Source: an uncultured Deinococcales bacterium (GTDB taxonomy: Bacteria > Deinococcota > Deinococci > Deinococcales > JAAFIG01). Taken from it: a stretch of DNA of 39,164 nt. The stretch lies in assembly GCA_964247135.1 (NCBI GenBank), contig CAXTTL010000015.1, forward strand, positions 1-39,164, given 5' to 3'. The notes under the pieces were generated by a model that saw nothing but the letters and a program-made list of their open reading frames with translations, was not told the origin of the DNA and made no database searches. This document shows positions 37,081-39,164 of the stretch, in pieces. The translations under genes were made by a program, and so were the position numbers. Numbering within the stretch: position 1 is the first letter of the stretch; each line of letters opens with the position of its first letter.

Positions 37081-38154
37081 TCAATTCACCTCAACAAATG
37101 CCACATTGATGATCGATTGCAACCGTGCGTACCACGGGTCACGCCCAACCCGAAGGTGCGTGTTGGTCAGAATGCCAACCACGGTTTCGGTTTCTGGATC
37201 GCAAACCAATTGGCAACCACTCGCGCCACCATGCCCGAAAGCTCGAGGTGAAACAAGCTCAGAAAACAATCCTGGCAGGGCGGCGGTTTGTACCGACCAA
37301 CCAAACCCCCACGGCACTCGAGCGTCTTCGGGATAACCTTTCATGCTGGGGTGCAATCCTGGAACGCCGCCCGTTTGGTCACTGGTCATGGCTTTCACGG
37401 TCAAGCTCGAGTGAATCTGTTTGTGGTTTGGCATGAAGTGCAAGGCGAATTTCACCAGGTCGCTGGCGCTGGCAACCACTCCAAACGCGGGATGCGCCAA
37501 CCCTCGAGCGTAAGATGAGTTGTACATTGCACCGTCCGTGTTCTCCGCCATGACCGCTTTCACCCTGGCGAGCCGCGATTCTTGCTCGAGTGGTGGCGCA
37601 AAGAACGTGTTCTCCAAGCCCATCGGCTCGAGCACCAGTTCTTGAACGAGTTGCGCGAATGGAATTCCGGTAGCGACCTCTGCAACATGTCCCGCCAGCA
37701 AGGAGTTGTAATCGGCGTAACTGAGCCGAGTGCCAGGTTTAAATTGCAATTTGCTGGCGTACAATTCCTCGAGCAATTCGGGCATTGGTGTTTGGTTTTT
37801 CAAGCGCTCTTCCATGATCGGGGACTCGTAAATCAAGCCCGAAGTGTGCGTCAGCAAATGCCGCAAACGCACCTCCTCGCGTCCGTCACCCGTAAATGCT
37901 GGAATGACGCTCGAGATCAAACGTCCCAAAGTCAACTCACCCATTTCGACCAGCCGCATGACCATCGCCGCCGTATAGACCTTCGAGATGGATGCCGTTG
38001 CCCACAAAACATTTTCGCTCGAGGGCAAGTTTGGAGCGGCGTTGCCAGCGTAATGTTCGAGCACCAATTTGCCGTTTTTGGCGACCGCCAGCGCCGCGCC
38101 AGCAAAACCGCCCTCGTCAACATGACGCTGGATTAAACTCGAGATTCGGGTCAT
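37081..38154 (-). CDS. Beta-lactamase-fold serine hydrolase (family VIII esterase/amidase-like)
   Basis: ASISK (SxxK), LLTHTSGL, PG..SY, FGHGGASG; ATGA overlap with P450 stop. Confidence 0.88.
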   Translation of the reverse strand: MTRISSLIQRHVDEGGFAGAALAVAKNGKLVLEHYAGNAAPNLPSSENVLWATASISKVYTAAMVMRLVEMGELTLGRLISSVIPAFTGDGREEVRLRHLLTHTSGLIYESPIMEERLKNQTPMPELLEELYASKLQFKPGTRLSYADYNSLLAGHVAEVATGIPFAQLVQELVLEPMGLENTFFAPPLEQESRLARVKAVMAENTDGAMYNSSYARGLAHPAFGVVASASDLVKFALHFMPNHKQIHSSLTVKAMTSDQTGGVPGLHPSMKGYPEDARVPWGFGWSVQTAALPGLFSELVSPRAFGHGGASGCQLVCDPETETVVGILTNTHLRVGRDPWYARLQSIINVAFVEVN

Positions 38155-39164
38155 GCCCAACTCACTTTTAAAGGCAGGTGTTTGATGCCAGAAATAAAAT
38201 TCGAGCGCAATCGTTCGGGCGTGCCGTTCAGTGCAATGCTTGAGAGTTTGGGCAGCAATTCCTCGAGCAAGATTTTCACTTCGATTCGTGCCAGGTGCTC
38301 CCCCAAGCACTTGTGCGGGCTTTTTAAACCAAATGCCAGGTGCTCGTTTGGGTGGCGTTTGATGTTGAACGAGTACGGATGTTCAAATTGCCGTTCGTCG
38401 TAATCGCCCGCGATGTACCAGATCAAAACCTTGTCGCCCGCTTTGATGCTTCTGCCCTCGAGCGTCGTGTCTTGAATTGCTGTGCGTCTGAAGTGCATGG
38501 TGACCGTTCCCCAACGCAAAATTTCTTCCACCGCGTCATCCATCAAATTTGGATTCTCGCGCAACTCTGCCAGTTGCTCTGGATGCTCGAGCAGCGCCAT
38601 GATTCCTGCCGTCATGGTGTAGCGCGTGGTGTCCGTTCCCGCCGCAATCAGCAGGGTGAAGAAATTCTTGAATTCCATTTCCGAAAGCGGTTCGCCGTCG
38701 CGTTTGGGTTGCAGCAACCTCGAGATCACATCGTCGGTTGGGTTATCGCGCCTGATTCGGGCTTGTTCTTCGGCATACGCAAAAAGCTCGAGGCTGACTG
38801 GGCTGCGAAATGGAAGCAAACGGTATTGGTCGGTGTTGACCAAACTGACTGGCGTTTCGGTAAATTCGGGGTCGTCGTTGCCCAAGAGCGCATCGCCTTT
38901 TTTGACCAGCATCGGACCGTCCTGATCGGGCGTGCCAAGCATTTTCCCAAGCATCCGCATTGGCAATTGTCGCGCCAAAAGTTCAACAAAATCAAACTCG
39001 GTCTGCCCACCAATTTCGTCAATCACACCTCGAGCCAACAACCGAATGCCCATCTCGTAAGACGCGACCTCTCGAGCCGAAAATGGCGGCTGCACCATGC
39101 GCCGATATGCCGTGTGCTCGGGCGGGTCCATCTCCATCACGGTTTTTCTCGCCTCGAGTTCATT
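38151..39164 (-). CDS. Cytochrome P450, 5'-truncated by window
   Basis: DPPEH, AAGTDTT I-helix, EEILR, heme motif FGLKSPHKCLG; frame open to window end. Confidence 0.95.
   Translation of the reverse strand, partial: NELEARKTVMEMDPPEHTAYRRMVQPPFSAREVASYEMGIRLLARGVIDEIGGQTEFDFVELLARQLPMRMLGKMLGTPDQDGPMLVKKGDALLGNDDPEFTETPVSLVNTDQYRLLPFRSPVSLELFAYAEEQARIRRDNPTDDVISRLLQPKRDGEPLSEMEFKNFFTLLIAAGTDTTRYTMTAGIMALLEHPEQLAELRENPNLMDDAVEEILRWGTVTMHFRRTAIQDTTLEGRSIKAGDKVLIWYIAGDYDERQFEHPYSFNIKRHPNEHLAFGLKSPHKCLGEHLARIEVKILLEELLPKLSSIALNGTPERLRSNFISGIKHLPLKVSWA

Noticed and set aside
37081-38154. Beta-lactam resistance gene
   Set aside because: No signal peptide, lacks YxN and KTG motifs, and sits in a metabolic cluster; esterase/amidase more likely
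38155-38310. N-terminal extension of the serine hydrolase
   Set aside because: Overlaps the P450 heme-binding region; ATGA coupling gives start 38154

Overview
Chromosomal window from a bacterium, most likely Deinococcota (inferred from the Thermus/Deinococcus-like nuoLMN, futalosine-pathway mqnB, class I xylose isomerase and many leaderless-type starts). Gene order: end of complex I operon (nuoL partial, nuoM, nuoN); VapBC-like toxin-antitoxin pair; sbcD and sbcC split by a membrane-protein/TfoX-C fusion gene; SpoIIM-domain gene, YdcF-like gene and mqnB; orphan antitoxin-like gene; comF; tRNA-Pro(CGG); metallophosphoesterase; enoyl-CoA hydratase; Nudix; a DeoR pair; xylAB; a PD-(D/E)XK-like gene; myo-inositol cluster (iolDCGB plus DeoR, with iolE displaced); recQ; two secreted unknown proteins; and an aromatic-compound cluster (P450, serine hydrolase, MppR/Sbi00515-like enzyme, FAH-family protein, extradiol dioxygenase, PLP decarboxylase). 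The most striking signal is extreme over-representation of the palindrome CTCGAG. I count about 170 copies in the first 20 kb by eye, roughly 30 times random expectation, in all reading frames and intergenic DNA, resembling cyanobacterial HIP1. Intergenic regions carry GTAG-type REP/REPIN elements and other small repeats. No CRISPR array, rRNA, transposase or integrase was seen.
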